Source of the DNA: Eledone cirrhosa
Taxonomy: Eukaryota
Direction of reading: 5' to 3'
Assembly: GCA_964016885.1 (NCBI GenBank)
Contig: OZ024741.1
Coordinates: forward strand, 315,890,001 to 315,954,000
DNA length: 64,000 bases
Shown piece after piece: positions 9,371-24,300 of this stretch. Position 1 is the stretch's first letter. Every line of letters starts with the position of its first letter. The position numbers and the translations under genes were made by a program. The notes beneath the pieces were generated by a model that was not told the origin of the DNA, did not search any database, and saw only the letters and a program-made list of their open reading frames with translations.

Positions 9371-12300
9371 GTGTAAGGCTATCCTAGAGCGCTAAATTTA
9401 TAGTCTTATACAGTAAAGCTATCCTAGAGCAATAAATGTATAGTCTTATACAATAAAGCTATCCTAGAGCAATAAATATATAGGCTTATATAGTAAAGCT
9501 ATCCTAGAGCACTAAATATATAGGCTTATACAGTAAAGCTATCCTAGAGCACTAAATGTATAGTCTTATACAGTAAAGCTATCGTAGAGCACTAAATATA
9601 TAGGCTTATACAGTAAGGCTATCCTAGAGCAATAAATGTATAGTCTTATACAGTAAAGCTATCCTAGAGCACTAAATGTATAGTGTTATACAGTAAAGCT
9701 ATCGTAGAGCATTAAATATATAGGCTTATACAGTAAGGCTATCCTAGAGCACTAAATGTATAGTCTTATACAGTAAAGCTATCCTAGAGCACTAAATGTA
9801 TAGTCTTATACAGTAAAGCTATTGTAGAGCACTAAATATATAGTCTTATACAGTAAAGCTATCCTAGAGCACTAAATATATAGTCTTATACAGTAAAGCT
9901 ATCCTAGAGCACTAAGTATATAGTCTTATACAGTAAAGCTATCCTAGAGCACTAAATATATAGGCTTATACAGTAAAGCTATCCTAGAGCACTAAATGTA
10001 TAGTCTTATACAGTAAAGCTATCGTAGAGCACTAAATATATAGTCTTATACAGTAAAGCTATCCTAGAGCACTAAATGTATAGTCTTATACAGTAAAGCT
10101 ATCCTAGAGCACTGAATGTATAGTCTTATACAGGAAAGCTATCGTAGAGCACTAAATATATAGGCTTATACAGTAAAGCTATCGTAGAGCACTAAATATA
10201 TAGTCTTATACAGTAAAGCTATCCTAGAGCACTAAATGTATAGTCTTATACAGTAAAGCTATCCTAGAGCACTAAATGTATAGGCTTATACAGTAAAGCT
10301 ATCGTAGAGCACTAAATATATTGTCTTATACAGTAAAGCTATCCTAGAGCACTAAATATATAGGCTTATACAGTAGAGCTATCCTAGAGCACTAAATATA
10401 TAGTCTTATACAGTAAGGCTATCCTAGAGGACTAAACGTATAGTCTTATACAGTAAAGCTATCCTAGAGCACTAAATGTATAGTCTTATACAGTAAAGCT
10501 ATCCTAGAGCACTAAATATATAGGCTTATACAGTAAAGCTATCGTAGAGCACTAAATATATAGGCTTATACAGTAAAGCTATCCTAGAGCACTAAATGTA
10601 TAGTCTTATACAGTAAAGCTATCGTAGAGCACTAAATATATAGTCTTATACAGTAAAGCTATCCTAGAGCACTAAATATATAGGCTTATACAGTAAGGCT
10701 ATCCTAGAGCAATAAATGTATAGTCTTATACAGTAAAGCTATCCTAGAGCACTAAATGTATAGTGTTATACAGTAAAGCTATCGTAGAGCATTAAATATA
10801 TAGGCTTACACAGTAAGGCTATCCTAGAGCACTAAATGTATAGTCTTATACAGTAAAGCAATCCTAGAGCACTAAATGTATAGTCTTATACAGTAAAGCT
10901 ATTGTAGAGCACTAAATATATAGTCTTATACAGTAAAGCTATCCTAGAGCACTAAATATATAGTCTTATACAGTAAAGCTATCCTAGAGCACTAAGTATA
11001 TAGTCTTATACAGTAAAGCTATCCTAGAGCACTAAATATATAGGCTTATACAGTAAAGCTATCCTAGAGCACTAAATGTATAGACTTATACAGTAAAGCT
11101 ATCGTAGAGCACTAAATATATAGTCTTATACAGTAAAGCTATCCTAGAGCACTAAATGTATAGTCTTATACAGTAAAGCTATCCTAGAGCACTGAATGTA
11201 TAGTCTTATACAGTAAAGCTATCGTAGAGCACTAAATATATAGCCTTATACAGTAAAGCTATCGTAGAGCACTAAATATATAGTCTTATACAGTAAAGCT
11301 ATCCTAGAGCACTAAATGTATAGTCTTATACAGTAAAGCTATCCTAGAGCACTAAATGTATAGGCTTATACAGTAAAGCTATCGTAGAGCACTAAATATA
11401 TTGTCTTATACAGTAAAGCTATCCTAGAGCACTAAATATTTAGGCTTATACAGTAGAGCTATCCTAGAGCACTAAATGTATAGTCTTATACAGTAAAGCT
11501 ATCCTAGAGCACTAAATATATAGGCTTATACAGTAAAGCTATCCTAGAGCACTAAATATATAGTCTTATACAGTAAGGCTATCCTAGAGGACTAAACGTA
11601 TAGTCTTATACAGTAAAGCTATCCTAGAGCACTAAATGTATAGTCTTATACAGTAAAGCTATCCTAGAGCACGAAATATATAGGCTTATACAGTAAAGCT
11701 ATCGTAGAGCACTAAATATATAGGCTTATACAGTAAAGCTATCCTAGAGCACTAAATGTATAGTCTTATACAGTAAAGCTATCGTAGAGCACTAAATATA
11801 TAGTCTTATACAGTAAAGCTATCCTAGAGCACTAAATATATAGGCTTATACAGTAAAGCTATCCTAGAGCACTAAATATATAGTCTTATACAGTAAAGCT
11901 ATCCTAGAGCACTAAATATATAGTCTTATACAGTAAAGCTATCGTAGAGCACTAAATGTATAGTCTTATACAGTAAGGCTATCCTAGAGCACTAAATATA
12001 TAGTCTTATACAGTAAGGCTATCCTAAAGGACTAAATGTATAGTCTTATACAGTAAAGCTATCGTAGAGCACTAAATATATAGTCTTATACAGTAAAGCT
12101 ATCCTAGAGCACTAAATGTATAGTCTTATACAGTAAAGCTATCCTAGAGCACTGAATGTATAGTCTTATACAGTAAAGCTATCGTAGAGCACTAAATATA
12201 TAGTCTTATACAGTAAAGCTATCGTAGAGCACTAAATATATAGTCTTATACAGTAAAGCTATCCTAGAGCACTAAATGTATAGTCTTATACAGTAAAGCT

Positions 12301-15300
12301 ATCCTAGAGCACTAAATATATAGGCTTATACAGTAAAGCTATCCTAGAGCACTAAATGTATAGTCTTATACAGTAAAGCTATCCTAGAGCACGAAATATA
12401 TAGGCTTATACAGTAAAGCTATCGTAGAGCACTAAATATATAGGCTTATACAGTAAAGCTATCCTAGAGCACTAAATGTATAGTCTTATACAGTAAAGCT
12501 ATCGTAGAGCACTAAATATATAGGCTTATACAGTAAAGCTATCCTAGAGCACTAAATATATAGGCTTATACAGTAAAGCTATCCTAGAGCACTAAATATA
12601 TAGTCTTATACAGTAAAGCTATCCTAGAGCACTAAATATATAGTCTTATACAGTAAAGCTATCGTAGAGCACTAAATGTATAGTCTTATACAGTAAGGCT
12701 ATCCTAGAGCACTAAATATATAGTCTTATACAGTAAGGCTATCCTAAAGGACTAAATGTATAGTCTTATACAGTAAGGCTATCCTAGAGCACTAAATATA
12801 TAGTCTTATACAGTAAAGCTATCCTAGAGCACTAAATGTATATAGTCTTATACAGTAAAGCTATCGTAGAGCACTAAATATATAGTCTTATACAGTAAAG
12901 CTATCCTAGAGCACTAAATGTATAGTCTTATACAGTAAAGCTATCCTAGACCACTGAATGTATAGTCTTATACAGTAAAGCTATCGTAGAGCACTAAATA
13001 TATAGTCTTATACAGTAAAGCTATCGTAGAGCACTAAATATATAGTCTTATACAGTAAAGCTATCCTAGAGCACTAAATGTATAGTCTTATACAGTAAAG
13101 CTATCCTAGAGCACTAAATATATAGGCTTATACAGTAAAGCTATCCTAGAGCACTAAATGTATAGTCTTATACAGTAAAGCTATCCTAGAGCACTAAATG
13201 TATAGTCTTATACAGTAAAGCTATCCTAGAGCACTAAATGTATAGTCTTATACAGTAAAGCTATCCTAGAGCACTAAATGTATAGTCTTATACATTAAAG
13301 CTATCCTAGAGCACTAAATATATAGGCTTATACAGTAAAGCTATCCTAGAGCACTAAATGTATAGTCTTATACAGTAAAGCTATCGTAGAGCACTAAAAA
13401 TATAGGCTTATACAGTAAAGCTATCGTAGAGCACTAAATGTATTGTCCTATACAGTAAAGTTATCCTAGAGCACTAAATATATAGGCTTATACAGTAGGC
13501 TATCCTAGAGCACTAAATGTATAGTCTTATACAGTAAAGCTATACTAGAGCACTAAATATATAGTCTTATACAGTAAAGCTATCCTAGAGCACTAAATGT
13601 ATAGTCTTATCCAGTAAACCTATCCTAGAGCACTAAATATAAAGGCTTATACAGTAAAGCTATACTAGAGCACTAAATGTATAGTCTTATACAGTAAAGC
13701 TATCGTAGAGCACTAAATGTATAGTCTTATACAGTAAAGCTATCCTAGAGCACTAAATGTATGGTCTTATACAGTAAAGCTATCCTAGAGCACTAAATGT
13801 ATAGTGTTATACAGTAAAGCTATTGTAGAGCACTAAATGAATAGTCTTATACAGTAAATCTATCCTAGAGCACTAAATATATAGTCTTATACAGTAAAGC
13901 TATCCTAGAGTACTAAATATAAAGGCTTATACAGTAAAGCTATCCTAGAGCACTAAATGTATAGTCTTATACAGTAAAGCTATCGTAGAGCACTAAATGT
14001 ATAGTCTTATACAGTAAAGCTATCCTAGAGCACTAAATGTATAGTCTTAAACATTAAAGCTATCCTAGAGCACTAAATATATAGGCTTATACAGTAAAGC
14101 TATCCTAGAGCACTAAATGTATAGTCTTATACAGTAAAGCTATCGTAGAGCATTAAAAATATAGGCTTATACAGTAAAGCTATCGTAGAGCACTAAATAT
14201 ATTGTCTTATACAGTAAAGCTATCGTAGAGCACTAAATATATAGGCTTATACAGTAGAGCTATCCTAGAGCACTAAATGTATAGTCTTATACAGTAAAGC
14301 TATCCTAGAGCACTAAATATATAGGCTTATACAGTAAAGCTATCGTAGAGCACTAAATGTACAGTCTTATACAGTAAAGCTATCCTAGAGCAATAAATAT
14401 ATAGGCTTTTACAGTAAAGCTATCGTAGAGCACTAAATGTATAGTCTTATACAGTAAAGCTATCCTAGAGCACTAAATGTATAGTCTTATACTGTAGAGC
14501 TATCCTAGAGCACTAAATGTATAGTCTTATACAGTAAAGCTATCCTAGAGCACTAAATATATAGTCTTATACAGTAAAGCTATCCTAGAGCACTAAATAT
14601 AAAGGCTTATACAGTAAAGCTATCCTAGAGCACTAAATGTATAGTCTTATACAGTAAAGCTATCGTAGAGCACTAAATGTATAGTCTTATACAGTAAAGC
14701 TATCCTAGAGCACTAAATGTATAGTCTTATACATTAAAGCTATCCTAGAGCACTAAATAAATAGGCTTATACAGTAAAGCTATCCTAGAACACTAAATGT
14801 ATAGTCTTATACAGTAAAGCTATCGTAGAGCATTAAAAATATAGGCTTATACAGTAAAGCTATCGTAGAGCACTAAGTGTATTGTCTTATACAGTAAAGC
14901 TATCCTAGAGCACTAAATATATAGGCTTATACAGTAGAGCTATCCTAGAGCACTAAATGTATAGTCTTATACAGTAAAGCTATCCTAGAGGACTAAATGT
15001 ATAGTCTTATACAGTAAAGCTATCCTAGAGCACTAAATGTATAGTCTTATACAGTAAAGCTATCCTAGAGCACTAAATATATAGGCTTATACAGTAAAGC
15101 TATCGTAGAGCACTAAATTTACAGTCTTATACAGTAAAGCTATCCTAGAACACTAAATATATAGTCTTATACAGTAAAGCTATCATAGAGTACTAAATGT
15201 ATAGTCTTATACAGTAAGGCTATCCTAGAGGACTAAATGTATAGTCTTATACAGTAAAGCTATCCTAGAACACTAAATATATAGTCTTATACAGTAAAGC

Positions 15301-18300
15301 TATCCTGGAGCACAAAATATATAAGCTTATACAGTAAAGCTATCCTAGAGCACTAAATGTATAGTCTTATACAGTAAAGCTATCCTAGAGCACTAAATAT
15401 ATAGTCTTATACAGTAAAGCTATCCTAGAGCACTAAATATAAAGGCTTATACAGTAAAGCTATCCTAGAGCACTAAATGTATAGTCTTATACAGTAAAGC
15501 TATCGTAGAACACTAAATGTATAGTCTTATACAGTAAAGCTATCCTAGAGCACTAAATGTATAGTCTTATACATTAAAGCTATCCTAGAGCACTAAATAT
15601 ATAGCCTTATACAGTAAAGCTATCCTAGAGCACTAAATGTATAGTCTTATACAGTAAAGCTATCGTAGAGCATTAAAAATATAGGCTTATACAGTAAAGC
15701 TATCGTAGAGCACTAAATATATTGTCTTATACAGTAAAGCTATCCTAGAGCACTAAATATATAGGCTTATACAGTAGAGCTATCCTAGAGCACTAAATGT
15801 ATAGTCTTATACAGTAAAGCTATCCTAGAGCACTAAATATATAGGCTTATACAGTAAAGCTATCGTAGAGCACTAAATGTACAGTCTTATACAGTAAAGC
15901 TATCCTAGAGCACTAAATATAAAGGCTTATACAGTAAAGCTATCCTAGAGCACTAAATGTATAGTCTTATACATTAAAGCTATCCTAGAGCACTAAATAA
16001 ATAGGCTTATACAGTAAAGCTATCCTAGAGCACTAAATGTATAGTCTTATACAGTAAAGCTATCGTAGAGCAATAAAAATATAGGCTTATACAGTAAAAC
16101 TATCGTAGAGCACTAAGTGTATTGTCTTATACAGTAAAGCTATCCTAGAGCACTAAATATATAGGCTTATACAGTAGAGCTATCCTAGAGCACTAAATGT
16201 ATAGTCTTATACAGTAAAGCTATCCTAGAGCACTAAATGTATAGTCTTATACAGTAAAGCTATCCTAGAGCACTAAATGCATAGTCTTATACAGTAAAGC
16301 TATCCTAGAGCACTAAATATATAGGCTTATACAGTAAAGCTATCGTAGAGAACTAAATTTACAGTCTTATACAGTAAAGCTATCCTACAACACTAAATAT
16401 ATAGTCTTATACAGTAAAGCTATCGTAGAGCACTAAATGTATAGTCTTATTCAGTAAAGCTATCCTAGAGTACTAAATGTATAGTCTTATACAGTAAGGC
16501 TATCCTAGAGGACTAAATGTATAGTCTTATACAGTAAAGCTACCCTAGAGCACTAAATATAAAGGCTTCTACAGTAAAGCTATCCTAGAGCACTAAATGT
16601 ATAGTCTTATACAGTAAAGCTATCGTAGAACACTAAATGTATAGTCTTATACAGTAAAGCTATCCTAGAGCACTAAATGTATAGTCTTATACATTAAAGC
16701 TATCCTAGAGCACTAAATATATAGGCTTATACAGTAAAGCTATCCTAGAGCGCTAAATGTATAGTCTTATCCAGTAAAGCTATCGTAGAGCATTAAAAAT
16801 ATAGGTTTATACAGTAAAGCTATCGTAGAACACTAAATGTATTGTCTTATACAGTAAAGCTATCCTAGAGCACTAAATATATAGGCTTATACAGTAGAGC
16901 TATCCTAGAGCACTAAATGTATACTCTTATACAGTAAAGCTATCCTAGAGCACTAAATGTATAGTCTTATACAGTAAAGCTATCCTAGAGCACTAAATAT
17001 ATAGGCTTATACAGTAAAGCTATCCTAGAGCACTAAATGTATAGTCTTATACAGTAAAGCTATCGTAGAGCACTAAATATATAGTCTTATACAGTAAAGC
17101 TATCCTAGAGCACTGAATGTATAGTCTTATACAGTAAAGCTATCGTAGAGCACTAAATATATAGCCTTATACAGTAAAGCTATCGTAGAGCACTAAATAT
17201 ATAGTCTTATACAGTAAAGCTATCCTAGAGCACTAAATGTATATTCTTATACAGTAAAGCTATCCTAGAGCACTAAATATATAGGCTTATACAGTAAAGC
17301 TATCGTAGAGCACTAAATATATTGTCTTATACAGTAAAGCTATCCTAGAGCACTAAATATTTAGGCTTATACAGTAGAGCTATCCTAGAGCACTAAATGT
17401 ATAGTCTTATACAGTAAAGCTATGCTAGAGCACTAAATATATAGGCTTATACAGTAAAACTATCCTAGAGCACTAAATATATAGTCTTATACAGTAAGGC
17501 TATCCTAGAGGACTAAACGTATAGTCTTATACAGTAAAGCTATCCTAGAGCACTAAATGTATAGTCTTATACAGTAAAGCTATCCTAGAGCACGAAATAT
17601 ATAGGCTTATACAGTAAAGCTATCGTAGAGCACTAAATATATAGGCTTATACAGTAAAGCTATCCTAGAGCACTAAATGTATAGTCTTATACAGTAAAGC
17701 TATCGTAGAGCACTAAATATATAGTCTTATACAGTAAAGCTATCCTAGAGCACTAAATATATAGGCTTATACAGTAAAGCTATGCTAGAGCACTAAATAT
17801 ATAGTCTTATACAGTAAAGCTATCCTAGAGCACTAAATATATAGTCTTATACAGTAAAGCTATCGTAGAGCACTAAATGTATAGTCTTATACAGTAAGGC
17901 TATCCTAGAGCACTAAATATATAGTCTTATACAGTAAGGCTATCCTAAAGGACTAAATGTATAGTCTTATACAGTAAAGCTATCGTAGAGCACTAAATAT
18001 ATAGTCTTATACAGTAAAGCTATCCTAGAGCACTAAATGTATAGTCTTATACAGTAAAGCTATCCTAGAGCACTGAATGTATAGTCTTATACAGTAAAGC
18101 TATCGTAGAGCACTAAATATATAGTCTTATACAGTAAAGCTATCGTAGAGCACTAAATATATAGTCTTATACAGTAAAGCTATCCTAGAGCACTAAATGT
18201 ATAGTCTTATACAGTAAAGCTATCCTAGAGCACTAAATATATAGGCTTATACAGTAAAGCTATCCTAGAGCACTAAATGTATAGTCTTATACAGTAAAGC

Positions 18301-21300
18301 TATCCTAGAGCACGAAATATATAGGCTTATACAGTAAAGCTATCGTAGAGCACTAAATATATAGGCTTATACAGTAAAGCTATCCTAGAGCACTAAATGT
18401 ATAGTCTTATACAGTAAAGCTATCGTAGAGCACTAAATATATAGTCTTATACAGTAAAGCTATCCTAGAGCACTAAATATATAGGCTTATACAGTAAAGC
18501 TATCCTAGAGCACTAAATATATAGTCTTATACAGTAAAGCTATCGTAGAGCACTAAATGTATAGTCTTATACAGTAAGGCTATCCTAGAGCACTAAATAT
18601 ATAGTCTTATACAGTAAGGCTATCCTAAAGGACTAAATGTATAGTCTTATACAGTAAGGCTATCCTAGAGCACTAAATATATAGTCTTATACAGTAAAGC
18701 TATCCTAGAGCACTAAATGTATAGTCTTATACAGTAAAGCTATCGTAGAGCACTAAATATATAGTCTTATACAGTAAAGCTATCCTAGAGCACTAAATGT
18801 ATAGTCTTATACAGTAAAGCTATCCTAGAGCACTGAATGTATAGTCTTATACAGTAAAGCTATCGTAGAGCACTAAATATATAGTCTTATACAGTAAAGC
18901 TATCGTAGAGCACTAAATATATAGTCTTATACAGTAAAGCTATCCTAGAGCACTAAATGTATAGTCTTATACAGTAAAGCTATCCTAGAGCACTAAATGT
19001 ATAGTCTTATACAGTAAAGCTATCCTAGAGCACTAAATGTATAGTCTTATACAGTAAAGCTATCCTAGAGCACTAAATGTATAGTCTTATACATTAAAGC
19101 TATCCTAGAGCACTAAATATATAGGCTTATACAGTAAAGCTATCCTAGAGCACTAAATGTATAGTCTTATACAGTAAAGCTATCGTAGAGCACTAAAAAT
19201 ATAGGCTTATACAGTAAAGCTATCGTAGAGCACTAAATGTATTGTCCTATACAGTAAAGTTATCCTAGAGCACTAAATATATAGGCTTATACAGTAGGCT
19301 ATCCTAGAGCACTAAATGTATAGTCTTATACAGTAAAGCTATCCTAGAGCACTAAATATATAGTCTTATACAGTAAAGCTATCCTAGAGCACTAAATGTA
19401 TAGTCTTATACAGTAAACCTATCCTAGAGCACTAAATATAAAGGCTTATACAGTAAAGCTATCCTAGAGCACTAAATGTATAGTCTTATACAGTAAAGCT
19501 ATCGTAGAGCACTAAATGTATAGTCTTATACAGTAAAGCTATCCTAGAGCACTAAATGTATGGTCTTATACGGTAAAGCTATCCTAGAGCACTAAATATA
19601 TAGGCTTATACAGTAAAGCTATCGTAGAGAACTAAATTTACAGTCTTATACAGTAAAGCTATCCTAGAACACTAAATATATAGTCTTATACAGTAAAGCT
19701 ATCGTAGAGCACTAAATGTATAGTCTTATTCAGTAAAGCTATCCTAGAGTACTAAATGTATAGTCTTATACAGTAAGGCTATCCTAGAGGACTAAATATA
19801 TAGGCTTATACAGTAAAGCTATCCTAGAGCGCTAAATGTATAGTCTTATACAGTAAAGCTATCGTAGAGCATTAAAAATATAGGTTTATACAGTAAAGCT
19901 ATCGTAGAACACTAAATGTATTGTCTTATACAGTAAAGCTATCCTAGAGCACTAAATATATAGGCTTATACAGTAGAGCTATCCTAGAGCACTAAATGTA
20001 TAGTCTTATACAGTAAAGCTATCCTAGAGCACTAAATGTATAGTCTTATACAGTAAAGCTATCCTAGAGCACTAAATATATAGGCTTATACAGTAAAGCT
20101 ATCCTAGAGCACTAAATGTATAGTCTTATACAGTAAAGCTATCGTAGAGCACTAAATATATAGTCTTATACAGTAAAGCTATCCTAGAGCACTAAATGTA
20201 TAGTCTTATACAGTAAAGCTATCCTAGAGCACTGAATGTATAGTCTTATACAGTAAAGCTATCGTAGAGCACTAAATATATAGCCTTATACAGTAAAGCT
20301 ATCGTAGAGCACTAAATATATAGTCTTATACAGTAAAGCTATCCTAGAGCACTAAATGTATATTCTTATACAGTAAAGCTATCCTAGAGCACTAAATATA
20401 TAGGCTTATACAGTAAAGCTATCGTAGAGCACTAAATATATTGTCTTATACAGTAAAGCTATCCTAGAGCACTAAATATTTAGGCTTATACAGTAGAGCT
20501 ATCCTAGAGCACTAAATGTATAGTCTTATACAGTAAAGCTATCCTAGAGCACTAAATATATAGGCTTATACAGTAAACCTATCCTAGAGCACTAAATATA
20601 TAGTCTTATACAGTAAGGCTATCCTAGAGGACTAAACGTATAGTCTTATACAGTAAAGCTATCGTAGAGCACTAAATATATAGTCTTATACAGTAAAGCT
20701 ATCCTAGAGCACTAAATGTATAGTCTTATACAGTAAAGCTATCCTAGAGCACTGAATGTATAGTCTTATACAGTAAAGCTATCGTAGAGCACTAAATATA
20801 TAGTCTTATACAGTAAAGCTATCGTAGAGCACTAAATATATAGTCTTATACAGTAAAGCTATCCTAGAGCACTAAATGTATAGTCTTATACAGTAAAGCT
20901 ATCCTAGAGCACTAAATATATAGGCTTATACAGTAAAGCTATCCTAGAGCACTAAATGTATAGTCTTATACAGTAAAGCTATCCTAGAGCACGAAATATA
21001 TAGGCTTATACAGTAAAGCTATCGTAGAGCACTAAATATATAGGCTTATACAGTAAAGCTATCCTAGAGCACTAAATGTATAGTCTTATACAGTAAAGCT
21101 ATCGTAGAGCACTAAATATATAGTCTTATACAGTAAAGCTATCCTAGAGCACTAAATATATAGGCTTATACAGTAAAGCTATCCTAGAGCACTAAATATA
21201 TAGTCTTATACAGTAAAGCTATCCTAGAGCACTAAATATATAGTCTTATACAGTAAAGCTATCGTACAGCACTAAATGTATAGTCTTATACAGTAAGGCT

Positions 21301-24300
21301 ATCCTAGAGCACTAAATATATAGTCTTATACAGTAAGGCTATCCTAAAGGACTAAATGTATAGTCTTATACAGTAAGGCTATCCTAGAGCACTAAATATA
21401 TAGTCTTATACAGTAAAGCTATCCTAGAGCACTAAATGTATAGTCTTATACAGTAAAGCTATCGTAGAGCACTAAATATATAGTCTTATACAGTAAAGCT
21501 ATCCTAGAGCACTAAATGTATAGTCTTATACAGTAAAGCTATCCTAGAGCACTGAATGTATAGTCTTATACAGTAAAGCTATCGTAGAGCACTAAATATA
21601 TAGTCTTATACAGTAAAGCTATCGTAGAGCACTAAATATATAGTCTTATACAGTAAAGCTATCCTAGAGCACTAAATGTATAGTCTTATACAGTAAAGCT
21701 ATCCTAGAGCACTAAATGTATAGTCTTATACAGTAAAGCTATCCTAGAGCACTAAATGTATAGTCTTATACAGTAAAGCTATCCTAGAGCACTAAATGTA
21801 TAGTCTTATACATTAAAGCTATCCTAGAGCACTAAATATATAGGCTTATACAGTAAAGCTATCCTAGAGCACTAAATGTATAGTCTTATACAGTAAAGCT
21901 ATCGTAGAGCACTAAATGTATTGTCCTATACAGTAAAGTTATCCTAGAGCACTAAATATATAGGCTTATACAGTAGGCTATCCTAGAGCACTAAATGTAT
22001 AGTCTTATACAGTAAAGCTATCCTAGAGCACTAAATATATAGTCTTATACAGTAAAGCTATCCTAGAGCACTAAATGTATAGTCTTATACAGTAAACCTA
22101 TCCTAGAGCACTAAATATAAAGGCTTATACAGTAAAGCTATCCTAGAGCACTAAATGTATAGTCTTATACAGTAAAGCTATCGTAGAGCACTAAATGTAT
22201 AGTCTTATACAGTAAAGCTATCCTAGAGCACTAAATGTATGGTCTTATACAGTAAAGCTATCCTAGAGCACTAAATGTATAGTGTTATATAGTAAAGCTA
22301 TTGTAGAGCACTAAATGAATAGTCTTATACACTAAATCTATCCTAGAGCACTAAATATATAGTCTTATACAGTAAAGCTATCCTAGAGTACTAAATATAA
22401 AGGCTTATACAGTAAAGCTATCCTAGAGCACTAAATGTATAGTCTTATACAGTAAAGCTATCGTAGAGCACTAAATGTATAGTCTTATACAATAAAGCTA
22501 TCCTAGAGCACTAAATGTATAGTCTTAAACATTAAAGCTATCCTAGAGCACTAAATATATAGGCTTATACAGTAAAGCTATCCTAGAGCACTAAATGTAT
22601 AGTCTTATACAGTAAAGCTATCGTAGAGCATTAAAAATATAGGCTTATACAGTAAAGCTATCGTAGAGCACTAAATATATTGTCTTATACAGTAAAGCTA
22701 TCGTAGAGCACTAAATATATAGGCTTATACAGTAGAGCTATCCTAGAGCACTAAATGTATAGTCTTATACAGTAAAGCTATCCTAGAGCACTAAATATAT
22801 AGGCTTATACAGTAAAGCTATCGTAGAGCACTAAATGTACAGTCTTATACAGTAAAGCTATCCTAGAGCACTAAATATATAGGCTTATACAGTAAAGCTA
22901 TCGTAGAGCACTAAATGTATAGTCTTATACAGTAAAGCTATCCTAGAGCACTAAATGTATAGTCTTATACTGTAGAGCTATCCTAGAGCACTAAATGTAT
23001 AGTCTTATACAGTAAAGCTATCCTAGAGCACTAAATATATAGTCTTATACAGTAAAGCTATCCTAGAGCACTAAATATAAAGGCTTATACGGTAAAGCTA
23101 TCCTAGAGCACTAAATGTATAGTCTTATACAGTAAAGCTATCGTAGAGCACTAAATGAATAGTCTTATACAGTAAAGCTATCCTAGAGCACTAAATGTAT
23201 AGTCTTATACATTAAAGCTATCCTAGAGCACTAAATAAATAGGCTTATACAGTAAAGCTATCCTGGAACACTAAATGTATAGTCTTATACAGTAAAGCTA
23301 TCGTAGAGCATTAAAAATATAGGCTTATACAGTAAAACTATCGTAGAGCACTAAGTGTATTGTCTTATACAGTAAAGCTATCCTAGAGCACTAAATATAT
23401 AGGCTTATACAGTAGAGCTATCCTAGAGCACTAAATGTATAGTCTTATACAGTAAAGCTATCCTAGAGCACTAAATGTATAGTCTTATACAGTAAACCTA
23501 TCCTAGAGCACTAAATATAAAGGCTTATACAGTAAAGCTATCCTAGAGCACTAAATGTATAGTCTTATACAGTAAAGCTATCGTAGAGCACTAAATGTAT
23601 AGTCTTATACAGTAAAGCTATCCTAGAGCACTAAATGTATGGTCTTATACAGTAAAGCTATCCTAGAGCACTAAATGTATAGTGTTATATAGTAAAGCTA
23701 TTGTAGAGCACTAAATGAATAGTCTTATACACTAAATCTATCCTAGAGCACTAAATATATAGTCTTATACAGTAAAGCTATCCTAGAGTACTAAATATAA
23801 AGGCTTATACAGTAAAGCTATCCTAGAGCACTAAATGTATAGTCTTATACAGTAAAGCTATCGTAGAGCACTAAATGTATAGTCTTATACAATAAAGCTA
23901 TCCTAGAGCACTAAATGTATAGTCTTAAACATTAAAGCTATCCTAGAGCACTAAATATATAGGCTTATACAGTAAAGCTATCCTAGAGCACTAAATGTAT
24001 AGTCTTATACAGTAAAGCTATCGTAGAGCATTAAAAATATAGGCTTATACAGTAAAGCTATCGTAGAGCACTAAATATATTGTCTTATACAGTAAAGCTA
24101 TCGTAGAGCACTAAATATATAGGCTTATACAGTAGAGCTATCCTAGAGCACTAAATGTATAGTCTTATACAGTAAAGCTATCCTAGAGCACTAAATATAT
24201 AGGCTTATACAGTAAAGCTATCGTAGAGCACTAAATGTACAGTCTTATACAGTAAAGCTATCCTAGAGCACTAAATATATAGGCTTATACAGTAAAGCTA

